A stretch of DNA of 64,000 bases from Sphyrna mokarran (lineage: Eukaryota): NCBI GenBank assembly GCA_024679065.1, contig JAGIQG010000022.1, forward strand, positions 26,784,001 to 26,848,000, in the 5' to 3' direction. The notes under the pieces were generated by a model that ran no database searches, was not told the DNA's origin, and was given only the letters and a program-made list of their open reading frames with translations. Position numbers and translations under genes: made by a program. This document shows, piece after piece, positions 51,418-64,000 of the stretch. Position 1 is the first letter of the stretch, and every line of letters begins with the position of its first letter.

Positions 51418-51600
51418 GGGCAGAATTCTCAGGTCACTCTCGTGGTCAGAATCTATTGCATGAAAGAATGGAAAATTTGGCATTCCAGCCAAAACTCCAT
51501 TCACTTTTCATAGCATGGGAAAACCCTGGTTGCTCACGAGGATGGAAATTTTAGGCCACTGAATGGTGGCGTTCAGAAGCCGATAGAGAAAATCATGTCC
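51418..51600. mobile_element. Short MITE-like element
   Basis: Termini gggcagaattctc / gagaaaatcatgtcc; internal cagccaaaactccattcact. Confidence 0.55.
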
Positions 51601-51627
51601 ATGGTGTCCAATGCATTGTCAAATTGT

Positions 51628-52230
51628 ATTTTTTTATTCATTCATGGGACATGGATGTTGTGGGTCCAACTCTAATTTCACTTGTTCAGAGGGCTGTTGA
51701 AAGTCAATCGTATTGCTGTGGCTCTGGAGTCACATGTAGGCCAGATCAGGTAACGATGGCAGATTTTCTTCCCTAAAGGACAAAAGGTGGCATGGTAGCA
51801 CAGTGGTTAGCATTGCTGCTTCACAGTTTCAGGGACCTGGGTTTGATTCCTGGCTTGGATCACAGTCTGTGTGGAGAAATCCTCATGTCTGCGTGGATTT
51901 CCTTTGGATGCTCCAGTTTCTTCCCACAGTCCAAAGATGTGTGGTTCAGGTTGATTGGCCATGATAAAAATTGCCCTTTTAGTATCGTGAGATGCGTAGG
52001 TTAGAGGGATTGATGGGTAAAAATGTGTGAGGCTGCGGGGGAGGTAGGACTTGGGTGGGATTGTGGTCAGTGCAAACTTAATGAGCTCAATGGCCTCCTT
52101 CTGCATTGTAGGGTTTCTATGATTCCAGTGAACCAGAAAGGCTTTATCAATCATTGACAATGGTTTCATGGTCATCAGTAGATTCTTAATTCCAGATTTT
52201 TTTATTGAAATCAAATTCTTGCATATTGGC
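51628..52230 (-). mobile_element. Second-family SINE (host of the nested V-SINE)
   Basis: ttttattcattcatgggac...gctgtggctctggagtcacatgtaggccag...gtttcatggtcatcagtagattc. Confidence 0.8.
51786..52124 (+). mobile_element. V-SINE, tail type A, nested in a minus-strand SINE of the second family
   Basis: The host SINE resumes after it: ctaaaggaca | insert | agtgaaccag. Confidence 0.87.
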
Positions 52231-52715
52231 ATGGACATCATGATCAGTGGCAAAGGAATGATGCTCACCTTGTTGACAGCTGCCTACAGAAGAGCACAAC
52301 ATCCTTGAATTCAGCATCGGATTTAGCATGGAGTCCCTTATGAGAAATGTGTCAATGAGTTGAGCACTAAACAGCGAAGCTCTTCCCTCTAATTGAAGAT
52401 TTTTCACTGGGAATCTAAACCAGAAATCTTAATGCAAAAAATAAAAATGACATTGAAATGATGTTGAGAAAGTGAACTAAATGCTGGGAAATACAAATGT
52501 GAATAAGATAGAGATATAAAAAAGACAAAAAGTAAAAGCAAATGTATGTTTCGAACACTAACTTTCTTCTAAAGGAACAAATCTCCCCGGTTGTAAAAAT
52601 AACTTTTTCAGGACTGGAGAGGTTGTCCAGAAGTAATTATCACCTACAGCACTGTAAAATGTTCAATTCTGAAAACACTGGTGCTAACAATTTTAACCAT
52701 CCATACTTGGGAACT

Positions 52716-53030
52716 AGTTTTTTTTATTCATTTGTAGGACGTGGGTGTTGTGGGTCCATCTCTAGTTGACCTTATTCAAAGGACAGTCGAGAGTCCACAT
52801 TGCTGTGGCTCTGGAGTCGTGTGTAGGCCAGATTTCCTTTCCTAAAGGATGTTAGTGAATCAGAATAACTTTTACGACCATTGACAATGGTTTCATGGTC
52901 ATCGCTAGATTCTTAATTCCAGATTTTTTTTTATCGAATTCAAATTCCACCATCTGCCATGGCAGGATTGGAACCTGGGTTCCCAGAACATTAGGTGAGT
53001 TTCTGAATTAATAGTCCCGCAATCATACCA
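52716..53030 (-). mobile_element. Second-family SINE
   Basis: Same sequence blocks as 21930-22270 and 51628-52230. Confidence 0.8.
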
Positions 53031-53384
53031 GTGAGCAAGTATCACAAATTTATGTCGTTTGAGCTCGTGGTCTATTGGTTACGCTGCAACAGTGTACCTT
53101 GAGGAAGACTGTTGTATCTCTAATAATGAGAATGGTGCATTTGCTGAAGTTCCATATGTATTTCTTGAAGCCAGTAGTTTCTTTCAGCGTTACTCCATAA
53201 TACAGTGAGCGATGGTGACCTGACATTGTTATGACTGTAAAATCTGGGTCAATATACTGAGCCCTCAATCTCTGGCCTGAGCCTCAGTATCTATTGCCAT
53301 TTTTTTCAGTGTTTCCATTAAATGTATCGATTCTCAAATTTGGGCACCACCACCTTGTCTGTTGGCAACCTACTTTTGCAGATA

Positions 53385-53957
53385 TTGAATACAAGAGTTG
53401 AAACAGCTTGTTGAAGTTGTACAAAACATTGGTAAGGCCACACTTGGTGTACAGTTCTGGTCACCTTATTATAGAACGTTATTAAACTAGAAAAAATTTA
53501 TTAGGATGCTAGTGGAACTTGATGGTTTGAGTTATGAGGAAAGGCTGGATAGAGCAGGACTTTTTTTTCTGGAGTGTAGAAGGCTGAGGAGTAATCTTAT
53601 AGAGGTCTATAAAATAATGAGGGGCACAGATAGTTAATATCTTTTCCCAAAGGTAGGGGAGTCTAAAAACAGAGGCCATATAGGTTTAAGGTGAGAGGGG
53701 AGAGATACAAAAGTGTCCAGAGGGGCAATTCCTTCACAGAGGGTGTGAATGTCTGGAACAAACTGCCAGAGATGATAGTAGAGGCGCATACAATTTTGTC
53801 TTTTAAAAAACATTAGATGGTTACATAGGTATGATGGGTATAGAGGAATGTGGACCAAATGTAGGCAATTGGGATTGGTTTAGGGGCTTAAAAAATGGTG
53901 GCATGGGCAAGTTGGCCAAAGGGCCTGTTTCCGTAGTGTAAACCTTTATGACTCTAT
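53385..53957 (+). mobile_element. CR1 3' fragment
   Basis: LLKLYKTLVRPHL...VQFWSPYY; tail gggcctgtttcc...ctttatgactctat. Confidence 0.85.
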
Positions 53958-54874
53958 AGCACCTCTTTACATCTTCAATATACATCATTCCCAAGGGACT
54001 ATCTATTCAACTTATTTCTTAGTATGGATCTTGAATTTTGCAGTCAAGCTTAAAGATATATTCTCATAATATCAGTTTCCCACAGTTAAAATGTTTTGGC
54101 AGGATATTCCTGCCCTGACTATCAAGAAGTGAGAATCTTCTGAAGTTTTGAAACTAGGATCATTCGCTGATAGGAAAGGTGAAAACATTTGGCCTTTGGT
54201 TTTACAATTTGAATGTAAATTTGATTGTGCTGTGCCAACTCCACTGTCAGAGCTAATTAACAGTCACAGAGCAAGTTCATTAACAGTGGCAGCTGAATCT
54301 ACAAAAGGGAATTGCAATAATTCCATTGAGTAATATTATTCATTTAGAATAATATATTTGCTTCATAGCTTGTAGCCAACAAAGATCTTTGTGATATAAA
54401 GCCTCCAAGTAGTCTGTTTAAAAAACTGTTTATAACCAAACCCAGCTATATTACACCAGCAATGAAAGGAGAACAATAAATGCAAGGTTTTGTTGCTCTT
54501 GTGAAGCCTCATGAGACACAAGTACACACTGAGATAAGACTATAGCTCTGATTCTCCAAGTCTTCATCAGTAATTCAATCATATAATTCCTGTACTATAA
54601 AGCATTCTGACTACCTCAGTGAATTTATTAAAAATTCATTTCTATGAGGAGGCCAGATAAGGATAGCAGATTTCCTTTCCGAAAGAACATTAGTGAACCA
54701 GATGGATTTTTACAACAATTGACAATGATTTCATGATCATCATTAGACTTTAAAATCCAGATTTTATTGAATTTAAATTTCACCATCTTCGGTGGTGCAA
54801 ATTGAACCCGGATCTCTGGATTATTAGTTCAGTAACAGTATCATTGTCTCCCCACAAATTACAAAGTGGTAAAC

Positions 54875-57530
54875 ATAGAAAATAAGAGCTGGAATAGATC
54901 ATTTGTCATGCCATTCAATATCATCATGACTGCTGCTCTATCTCAATGCCATACTCCAACTCTCTCTTCATACCCCTGCCATCTTTAGAGTCTAACAATC
55001 TATCTATTCACTTCTTCAGTATAATCAGGGATTTGACCCCAATGGCCTTCTGAGGTAGAGAATTCTGCAGGTTTCCCCACCCTCTGAATGAATCATAGAA
55101 TCCTACAGCGCAAAAGGAGGCCATTTGGTCCATCAAATCTGCACTGACCACAATCCCACCCAGGCTCTATCCCATAGCCTTCTGCATTTATCCTAGCTAG
55201 TTCCCAGACACTAAGTGGCAATTTAGTAGGGCCAATCCATCTAACTGCACATATTTCTGGACTGTTCCTCTTTGTTTCAGCCCTAAATGGCTACCCCATA
55301 TTCTGAGACTATGACTGCTGGTTCTAGATTCCCCAGTAAGAAGTCTCAAAACACCAGATTAAAGTCCAACAAGTTTATTTGGTAGTAAACACTACCAGCT
55401 TTCAGAGCACTGCTTCTTCATCAGGTCACTCACCAGCACTCCGAAATCTAGTGGTGTTTACTACCAAATAAACTTGTTGGACTTTAACCTGGTGTTGTGA
55501 AAATTCTTACTGTGTTTACCCCAGTCCAACACCTCCACATCTAAATCCCCCTGCCAGAGGAAACAGTATCCCTGCGTCCAGTATGTCCAACCCTGTCAGA
55601 ACTTTAAATGTTTCAATGAGATCCCCTCACGTGCTTCTAAAATTCATTGATTACTGGTCAAGTCAACCCAATCTCTCTTTACATGACAATCCTGTCATCT
55701 CAGAAATCAGCCTTGTGAACCTTTGTTGCACTTCTTCTGTGGCTAGCATATCCTTTCTTAGGTGGGAAGACCACAACTACACACAATTCTCCAGGTATGG
55801 CCTTACCAAGGATGCAGTAAGACATCCTTGCTCCTGCATTCAAATCTTCTTACAATAAAGGCCAACATATAATTTACCTTACTAACTTTTTGCTGTACTA
55901 ACATGTTTGCATTTGATGACTGGTGCATAAGGACATCCAGGTCTCTTTATACCTCAGCATTTCCCAATTTATCACTGTTTAAAGAATACTTCTCCATCTG
56001 TTTCTTCCTACCAAAGTGAATAACTTTACACTTATCCATGTTATACTGCATCTGCCTTGTATTTTTGCTCTCTCTCTCTCAAACTGTATAAATCACCTTC
56101 AAACCTCTTAGCTATCATCTCACAACTCTCAGTCCCACCAGTTTTGTGCCATCAGCAAACTTGGAAATATTACATTTGATTCCCTCATCCAAATAATTGA
56201 TGTATATTGTGAATAGCTGGGGCTTAAGCATTAATACTTGTGGTACCTCATTAGTCACTGCCTGCTGCTCCGAAAAAGACTCATTGATTCCCACATTCTT
56301 TCCTGTCTGCTAACGAATTCTTGATCCATGCCAATATGTTCTCCTCAATCCTATGTATTTTGATTTTGTGCGCTAATGGAATTTTTATCAGAAGTTTTCT
56401 GATCATCCAAATACACCACATCCACTAGTTTTCCCTTATCTAGTCTGATAGTTATATCCTTAAAAAGACTCCAGTAGACTTGTCGAACATGATTTCCCTT
56501 TCATAAATTCATGTTGACTTTGTTTAATCTTTTTGATATTTTCTAAGTGTCCCATTATCACACCCAAGACATCATCAAATTCCCAACTATTGAAATTTGG
56601 CTAACTGGTCAATAATTCCTTGTTTTCTCCCTTTTTATCTTTAAGTAGCGGGGTTATATTTGCCACCTTCCAATCTGCTGAGATTGTTTCAGAATCTATA
56701 GAACTCTGGAAGATGACAACCAACATATCTACTATTACTATGGCCACCTCCTTTAGAACCCTGGGATGGAGATTACCAAGCCCTGGCTGTTTATCAACTT
56801 CCAAATCCAATAATTTCTCAAGCTTTTTTTCATAATACTAATTGCTTTCAATTCCTCCCATTAGCTAGATTCTTGAATCCTTAACATTTCTGGGAAGTTG
56901 TTTACATCTTACCCCATGAAGGCAGAGCTAAAATAGTGGTTTAATGCTCTGCCATTTCCCTGTTCTCTATATGTATACATTCTCCAATTTTGGACTATAA
57001 GGGACCTACATTTGTCTTCACTAGTCTTCTTTTTACATACACACTGAAGCTTTTCTGTCTGCTTTTAAGCTGCATGTTTACCCTGATACTCCATTTCCTC
57101 TCTCTTAGTAAATGACTTAGTCTTCCTTTGCCAATTCTAAACTGTTCTCAATTCTCGGGTTTGCCACTTTTTCTGGCAATCTTCTATGAATCCTCTTTGT
57201 AGCTAATACTGTTGTTAATTTCTTTGGCCATGGTTGGGCCACTTTTCCTGTTGTGTTTTTGCACCAGAAAGGGATGTATAACTACTGCAATGCGTGCATT
57301 CCTCCTTTAAATATTAATCATTGCCTGTTCTCCATTATGTTGATAAGTGAAGTTCCTCAGTCTTAATCAGCTCACCCCTCATAACCTTCCCAGTTTCCTC
57401 TGTTTAGATTTAGGACCCTAGTTTCAGATTGGACTACTTCATGTTCCATCTTAATAAAGAATTCTATCCTGGATGGTCACTGCCCCCACACAAAAGATGA
57501 TTGATTAATCCCTTTTCATTGCGCAGTACC
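54875..57530 (-). mobile_element. Old long CR1 relic carrying a nested SINE and a fold-back element
   Basis: LHPRVLKEVA...DWKVANITPL (ORF 56601..56810), KFADGTK at ~56150, tail at 54875. Confidence 0.85.
55334..55541. mobile_element. Fold-back Penelope-like terminal-repeat element with hammerhead core (family 1)
   Basis: Inverted arms of ~78 bp (55334-55412 and 55434-55512). Minus-strand CTGATGA-agaagc-agt-gctct-GAAAGCT at 55397-55424. Degenerate TSD ctagattcccc / ctaaatccccc. Confidence 0.75.
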
Positions 57531-57685
57531 AAGGCCCAAATATTTCAGATAGTGGGGCTCAACCAGTGTTGATTTGCAGCAGGTGAGACATCTATCCTCA
57601 TGTGGAAGGGAGACCCACCTTGGAAAGCTGTTGGCCAGTCAGATTGCCTGACACCTTTCAAGCTCATTCAGACACAGTAATTTAT

Positions 57686-58212
57686 TGACTGATTCCTTTC
57701 TACCCCTTTGACTGACCCTTCCCTGTCCTATTGACTGGTTCCGCTCAGTCATAGAATCATAGAATCCCTACAGTACAGAAGGAGGCCATTCAGCCCACCG
57801 AGCCCACACTGGCAACAGTCTCACCCAAGCCTTATTTATCCTGCTAATCCCTGTGGCACTAAGGGTCGAATTAGCATGGCCAATCCACCTAACTCTCACA
57901 TCTGTGGATTGTGGGAGGAAACCGGAGCACCTGGAAGAAACACACACTGACACGGGAAGAATGTGCAAACTCCACACAGACAGACATCTGAGATGGCAAT
58001 TGAACCCGGGTCCCTGGTGCTGTGAGGCAGCAGTGCTAACCACTGTGCTACCATGCTGCCTGTTAACCGGTTCCATCTGTCTCACTGACAATATTCTTCT
58101 CTGTTCCTCTGACAGGTTCCCCTCTGCCTCATTGGCTGACTCTTCCATGTCCCTTAACCAATTCTACTTTGTCTCACTGACCAATTCCCCCCTGCCTCAC
58201 AGACCAACTCTT
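57686..58212 (+). repeat. Degenerate ~23-bp minisatellite interrupted by a SINE
   Basis: Units tgactgattcctttctacccctt, tgactgacccttccctgtcctat, tgacaggttcccctctgcctcat, tgaccaattccccctgcctcac. Confidence 0.65.
57748..58059 (-). mobile_element. V-SINE, tail type A, relatively young
   Basis: ggcagcatggtagcacagtggttagc head; tail (gattctat)2. Confidence 0.9.
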
Positions 58213-61200
58213 CACATAAACCAACCCTGCACCTCATTTCATTTATCTCATGCTAGGTTCCAGATGAAAATGAGGTTATTCAAAAAAAATAAAAGAGTCA
58301 CTTTTAACATGGTTTTTCTATCACTGTTTCACATTCGCATTTTTGTGCTAAGCAAATTCACAGTTGCTTGATTTGAACTAAGAATATGTGACAGTATCTT
58401 GCCCTTGGCATCAGAGTTCATCGCCCTGATGAAGGAGAAGAATTAACGTTATTACAGCTTGAATAAATCAGCAGCCAGATATCTAATTAATACTGGCCCA
58501 AAATGTTTTATTAAAAATATTTCCATATAGACAACATTTGAAAACTTTACGACTGCACATGGGTACTTTTGCAATTATAAGGTCTTACGTTTATATTGGT
58601 GTAAATCTGCCAATACTAAAATTGCACTCTGTGCGACGACAGTATGATATAAGCATGGCTAGAAGGTTTCATTGTATGTTTATGTAGCTGGTTACCAGGA
58701 TAAAAGTGGATATAGGGAGTTTTGATGGAATATTAAAATACAGGTAGAATTTGAATTTAAAATGTAAACTGAATTAGATTTGTGTGTCCTGCTCTATTTA
58801 AGTTTCATCTTCTAACCCTGGAAACGGCACACAGGGCAGAATAGAATGAGATGATGGGGGCCCCAACGTCTGCCACAAAAAAGGCAGGATCCCCACCAAC
58901 CCGAGTTCTGGGAGCTCCAAGGGAATTAAGTCCCTTTTATTGAGAGGGGGTACGTCCTGCCCCTAGGACCCCAGCTCCACAGGGATTTTAATTGCTACAC
59001 TTCCCGGAAATCCCACTATATCCCATCGGGAAATCCCAGCGGCTGCAGGCCAATCAGAGGCTGGCTACTGTTTGTTAGTAGCACACCACCAGGAATGGTT
59101 GCTAATCTACTCAGGTCTTCACCAGGGAAAGGTAAATAGCAGAGTGATGCAGGTTATGGGGTGGGGTTACTGGTGGGAGAGCAAGGTCTGGGGATTCAGA
59201 GGAAAGAGCAGGGAGCATCCTCCTTTCATGATGCCATGTCCCTTGACCTGACAGTGAGTGTCTTTGGACAATCGACTTTCATCAACCACAATACCCCCTG
59301 TCCATCCTACCCTCTTATCCCAGGTGGGCCACAAGCAAATCTGGCTCTACTGCATGGTAAATACTCTCTTACTGGTTGGATATCAGCAGCAGTGGGCTTT
59401 GGCCCTCAAATGGGTATTAATTATTCACTTAACATCCCTAACTGGTTTACTGGCAAGAAGGCCAGACACCAGCCTTCCCACAGGGAGGCAGTGGGGTTCC
59501 CATCCCGCATCCGCCCATTTGATCAGACACCAACAATGCACCCCCCCCCCCCCCCCCCCCCCCCCGACCCCGGCAACCTGATTGCCAACCCTCAGAAGTC
59601 ACCTCCTGGCGGGCACTATATTCTGTCCAAAGTCTTTTTTCACCATGTGAAGAGCTGTAAGAGGTCAACTTGTTATGCATTAAATTTTAGATGAATGAGG
59701 TTCTCTCATTTCGACATGTTGCCAGCCCACTTCTCTCCTTTCACTTTGGAACTTCTTGGAGCCAGGTTCTTTACACAACAGAAACAGGGAAATGTTAGAA
59801 ATGGACGTCATTAAATAAGTGAAAGAGAGACCTATCAGTGATTATTTCAGATGTTCTGAATTAATGTCTTTTTTTAAATTATCTCTATTCACTGGTTACA
59901 AATAGTGAGGCAACTAAGGCAGGAAAATGCGCATACATCTCTTAAAGGTGAACAGATATGTATAGTCTTCAAAATGTCATTGATTTTATGAACTTTATGT
60001 ATAGCATGTACTGTCAGCATTGAAGCCAGAAACATACATTGGTTAAGTGCTCTCATCATTTTCAAAGATTTTAAGATTACACGTTAGATTTTTTCTTCGA
60101 TCTTTTCTCTCTTTAACTCATTATCTTTCATCGTTTTATGTTGATATTGATTATCCCTTGGATGGCAAACAATTCCAGAAAGATTGAGATTGTAATTTGA
60201 AATGATGAAACATTTTTCTCCATTCTGAACCCAAGGACAATGAACCCAATTGAGGTCAATCCATACACAGACACTAGATGAGTTTGATGCCCTGGTCCAC
60301 TGGCCAGGATATCTTGGAGGAAGAACCTCCAATCTTAAAGGGATGGATGCCCAATGCCAGGCAGTTAATTTTCTGGTGCATGTGAAACTGCTTCAGGGTT
60401 CCTAAAGCTTTCTGAACCCCATTTGAACCTGTTGGTGAGATTCTGAAGTCCTCAGGAAAATCCTGCCCGTCGTGTCAATTTTATTAGCACTGAAACCTGG
60501 CCAATTTTGCTACCAACCTTTTCAAGCACTCAATATTTATTTAACCAAGCTACAGGTTTAAGGATGTTTGAGCACAGGCTGAAACATACCATCTGTTCAG
60601 TATCCAGGAGCGTGTTTACGGAAGCAGGATTCATTAAACAATGTCAGCCTTGTGGCACAGTCAAATGATTCAATTATATCAAGGTAAAAATTGAACATAT
60701 CATGAGAATCAGATAATCTTTTGTAAAGGTTTTATGCTTCAGAGCCAGTGAAGTGACCAGCATTATTCTGAGTTAATTTATTTAAAGCTCCTAATGTAGA
60801 ATCTGATTTTTTTGATGGATTGGAAGAGGTTGGAGAAGATGGCACGTAAGGTATAATTAACCTATAGTGTCTTTTATGAATTCTAGTAGCATTCCCACAA
60901 CATTGTTCATAGTAACTGAAACTCTGCTGTCCAAGGAATGCATGTAAGTGGGAAGGTGAAAGTCTCCTCTGGCAGTGATAGAAATTAAAAGAAGAAGCAT
61001 GGGATTTCCTCATTAATAATGAAGCACTTTTGATTAATCTCTGAAAAATGACAAGTGGCTAAATCCATTACTTTCTGCCATGTACATAAATACATGTCTG
61101 AACGTAACATGGGGAAGCAACACTTTCTCACCGTCTTCCAGGGTATGACTTCTAATAACAAGAATAAGATGTTTATAAAAATCAAGAAAACATTAAATAT

Positions 61201-61303
61201 ATTTTTATCTTTACTCCTTTAACAACCATCTCTGGAAAGTAGAGTATTAATAAAAAATAAACAAACATTGGAATTCAGAACATATATTTGGAAGTGCCTC
61301 CAA

Positions 61304-61590
61304 GAGGCACAGTGGTTAGCATTGCCTCACAGCAGCAGGGATCTGGGTTCGATTCCCAGCTTGGGTCACTGTCTGTGCAGTGTTTGCATGTTTTCCTCGT
61401 GTTTGTGTGGGTTTCCTCTGGATACTGTGGTTTCCCCTCTCAGTCTGAAAGACATGCTAGTTAGATGTATTGGCCATACTATATTCTTCCTCTGTGTATC
61501 CAAACAGGCGTTAGAGGGTAGCAACCAGTGGATTTTGACAGTAACTTCACTGCAGTGTTAATGTAAGCCTTACACTAATAAATAATAAAT
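61304..61590 (+). mobile_element. V-SINE (HE1-like), tail type B
   Basis: ggcacagtggttagc...gggttcgattccc...cagtaacttcactgcagtgttaatgtaagcct..ctaataaat. Confidence 0.85.
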
Positions 61591-61659
61591 ATTTTTCTAA
61601 GACATTTCTCATTATTAGGAAAAATATTGTTTTGAGTATAAGAACAACTGAGAGAAATA

Positions 61660-62622
61660 TAGATTTGATTTATTATTGTCACATATTAACATACAGTAAG
61701 AAGTATTGTTTCTTGCATGCCACACAGACAAAATATACCATTCATAGAGAAGGAAATAAGAGAGTGCAGCATGTAGTGTTACAGTCATAGCTAGGGTGTA
61801 GAGAAAAAACAACTTCATGCAAGATAAATCCATTCAAAAATCTCCTAGCAGCAGGGAAGAAGCTGTTCTTGAATTGATTGATACGTTATTTGAGACTTTT
61901 GTATCCTTTTCCCGAAGGAAGAAGATGGAAGAGAGAATGTCCAGGTGCGTGGGATCCTTAATTATGCTGGCTGCTTTGCCAAGGCAGTGAGAAGTGTAGA
62001 CAGAGTCAGTGGATGGGAGACTGGTTTGCGTGATAGATTGGGCTATGTTCATAACCATTTGTATTCCTTGCAGTCTTGGGCAGAGCAGAAGCCATACCAA
62101 GCTGTGATACAACCAGAAAGAATGCTTTCTACGGTGCATCTGTAAAAGTTGGTGGGAATCATAGCTGACATGCCAAATTTCCTTTGGCTTCTGAGAAAGT
62201 AGAGGCATTGGCAGACTTTCTTAACTATAGTGACAGCATGGGGGGACCAGGACAGGTTGTTGTTCATCTGGACACCTAAAAATGTGAAGCTCTCGACCCT
62301 TTCTACTTTGTCCCCATTGATGTAAATAGGGGCATGTTCTCCTTTAGCTTCCTGAAGTTGATGATAAACTCCTTCATTTTGTTGACTATGAGGGAGAGAT
62401 TATTGTCGCCGCAGCAGATCATCATCATCTCTATCTCATTCCTATACTCTGTCTCGTCATTGTTTGAGATTCAACCCACTACGATGGTGTTGTCAGCAAA
62501 CTTGAAAATCCAATTAGAGGGGAATTCTGCCACGCAGTTTTAGGTATATAAGGAGTATAGTAGGAGACTGAGAATATAGCCTTGCGGAGCACCAGTGTTC
62601 GAGGGTAATTGTGGAGGAGGTG
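61660..62622 (-). mobile_element. Rex1/Babar-like LINE 3' fragment
   Basis: TGAPQGYILS, KFADNTIV, LSWSPH, FYRCTVESILSGCITAWYG. Confidence 0.88.
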
Positions 62623-63239
62623 AGAGAGCATTACTATACTGAGGACTTTGCTCTCCAAATGGTTGCCTGCAGAATTCTTCTTCCCACCATGCTCTGCTTC
62701 TTGAACTGAATCTGCTAACAGTTAGGAGATATTAATTAGAATGTCATGTAAGCATTTTCACTTTTAAACTTGCCTCAGAAAATGTAGATCAACTAGTGTT
62801 TTATGATTTTGCTTGTTTTTATGATATAAAAATGTTCTTTTATCTGTATGTTGGCTAGCTCAAGTGAAAACAAGCTGTTTTGAAAAACTAATTTGAATTA
62901 TTTAATTGTGGTATTTTCTCTTTTTTTGGAAATTTTGTATATTAAAATAAGTTGTGAACTTTGCATATTAGCTGACCAGCTGTAGGTTTACATTTGGAGA
63001 CATGAGTCCCAGTAGAAATGGTGATATGTTTTCAAGTCCTGTGACAATTGCAGGTGGTGGCATTGACATGTGCTAGCTGCCCTTTTTCTTCTAGATGGTA
63101 GAGGTTGTGGGTTTGGATGATGCTAGTGAAGAAGCTTTGGCAAGTCGTTGCAGTGCAACTTGTGGCTGATGCAAACTGCTGCCACTGTGTACTACGGATG
63201 GAGGGAGTGACTGATTAAAGTGATAGATGTGATGATAAA

Positions 63240-63860
63240 TACCTTGTTCAGAAGGAGCAATGAATTCATCAGATCCTCAGTATATGTTGACAGTCAGGCT
63301 GCTGGGGCAATTAGCTTCAGAACCGTCACTTAGTTTGCACAGGTACAGGGTGTAATTGACTGGCACATGTGGCCATTTGAACACCCTGGGAACAGCCAAC
63401 GACATTTGTAAACTGGAATGTGTTTCACTCAATGTCTGTGACCACAAGACAAGAATTATGCAAATATGACACCAGATTGTCATCAATGAAGCATTGCAGA
63501 GGAGTTGCACATTTCTCAACAAGAACAATCATACAGCAAAACATAGGATTGTTAAAATGCATTTCTGATGCCCGGACTAGCCCAGTGGCGCTTTACAATA
63601 CACACCACAGAGAGTGAACAGGATTATCGTTGTCTGCTGTGTCTTGCTCAACATTGCACAGATGAGAATTGTCAATCCAGGACTTGGAGGAGCTGTGAAC
63701 CAAATTAGATGAGGGTGTCAGGGAGGAATATGAAGAAATGGACTGAAATCTTGTGGCAGCGCATTGAGATGTCCAAACCAGGACTGTCGGGCACCACCTG
63801 AGCCCCAATCGTTTTGACTGGGAGTGATGCACATACCTGATCAGAATTTCATTGCCTGCA
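63240..63860 (+). pseudogene. Degenerate PIF/Harbinger (HARBI1-like) DDE transposase fragment
   Basis: VQGVID..HVAI..P...FVN...FHS...CDHKTRIM, then TRTIIQQNIGLLKMHF*CPD*PSGALQYTPQRVNRIIVVCCVLLNIAQ, with stops, frameshifts and an internal deletion. Confidence 0.8.
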
Positions 63861-64000
63861 AACCTTTACTGCTCTGACTGTGCACTTATCTCTCCAGTCT
63901 TCATCTGGAGTTTCCTAACTGTACACTTTTACCCACTGGGAGAAAAGGGAAGTGCACTGTTCTCTCACAGGATGAAAATAGATGACTTATTTCAATGATA

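Noticed and set aside
53050-53268. Minus ORF containing LYYGVT, reminiscent of the DOC2 TYYGIT motif
   Set aside because: Wrong strand and position, and no other C2A residues match.
57686-58212. CRISPR-like periodic array
   Set aside because: Eukaryotic context, degenerate contiguous units without unique spacers, and no cas genes.
58438-58460. CTGATGAAGGAG as another hammerhead
   Set aside because: No closing stem II strand and no GAAA follows.
59161-59694. 177-aa ORF with poly-proline
   Set aside because: The prolines come from a poly-C run inside a MITE-like region; no recognisable domain.

Overview
Eukaryotic, repeat-dense vertebrate DNA, most likely a shark or other cartilaginous fish. 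That assignment is inferred from HE1-like V-SINEs, CR1, Rex1/Babar, RTE and Penelope-derived repeats. The only host coding sequence I can support is two internal + strand exons of a double-C2-domain Ca2+ sensor matching DOC2B (41980-42106 and 49391-49548), so the rest of the window is probably intronic. It has one 245-N assembly gap. The most striking structure is at 35184-38520: a young CR1 LINE carries a second, ~99% identical copy inserted in the opposite orientation, giving a 1001-bp inverted repeat with a 311-bp spacer, and the whole is nested in an ancient L2 relic. Other notable items are short non-coding fold-back elements with minimal hammerhead-ribozyme cores (two families), a Rex1/Babar LINE with a twin-priming-like 5' inversion, two solo-LTR-like inserts, a Harbinger transposase relic with candidate MITEs, and one SINE body carrying two alternative tails. 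Repeat family names come from recognising motifs by eye, with no database search, and boundaries of old repeats are approximate.
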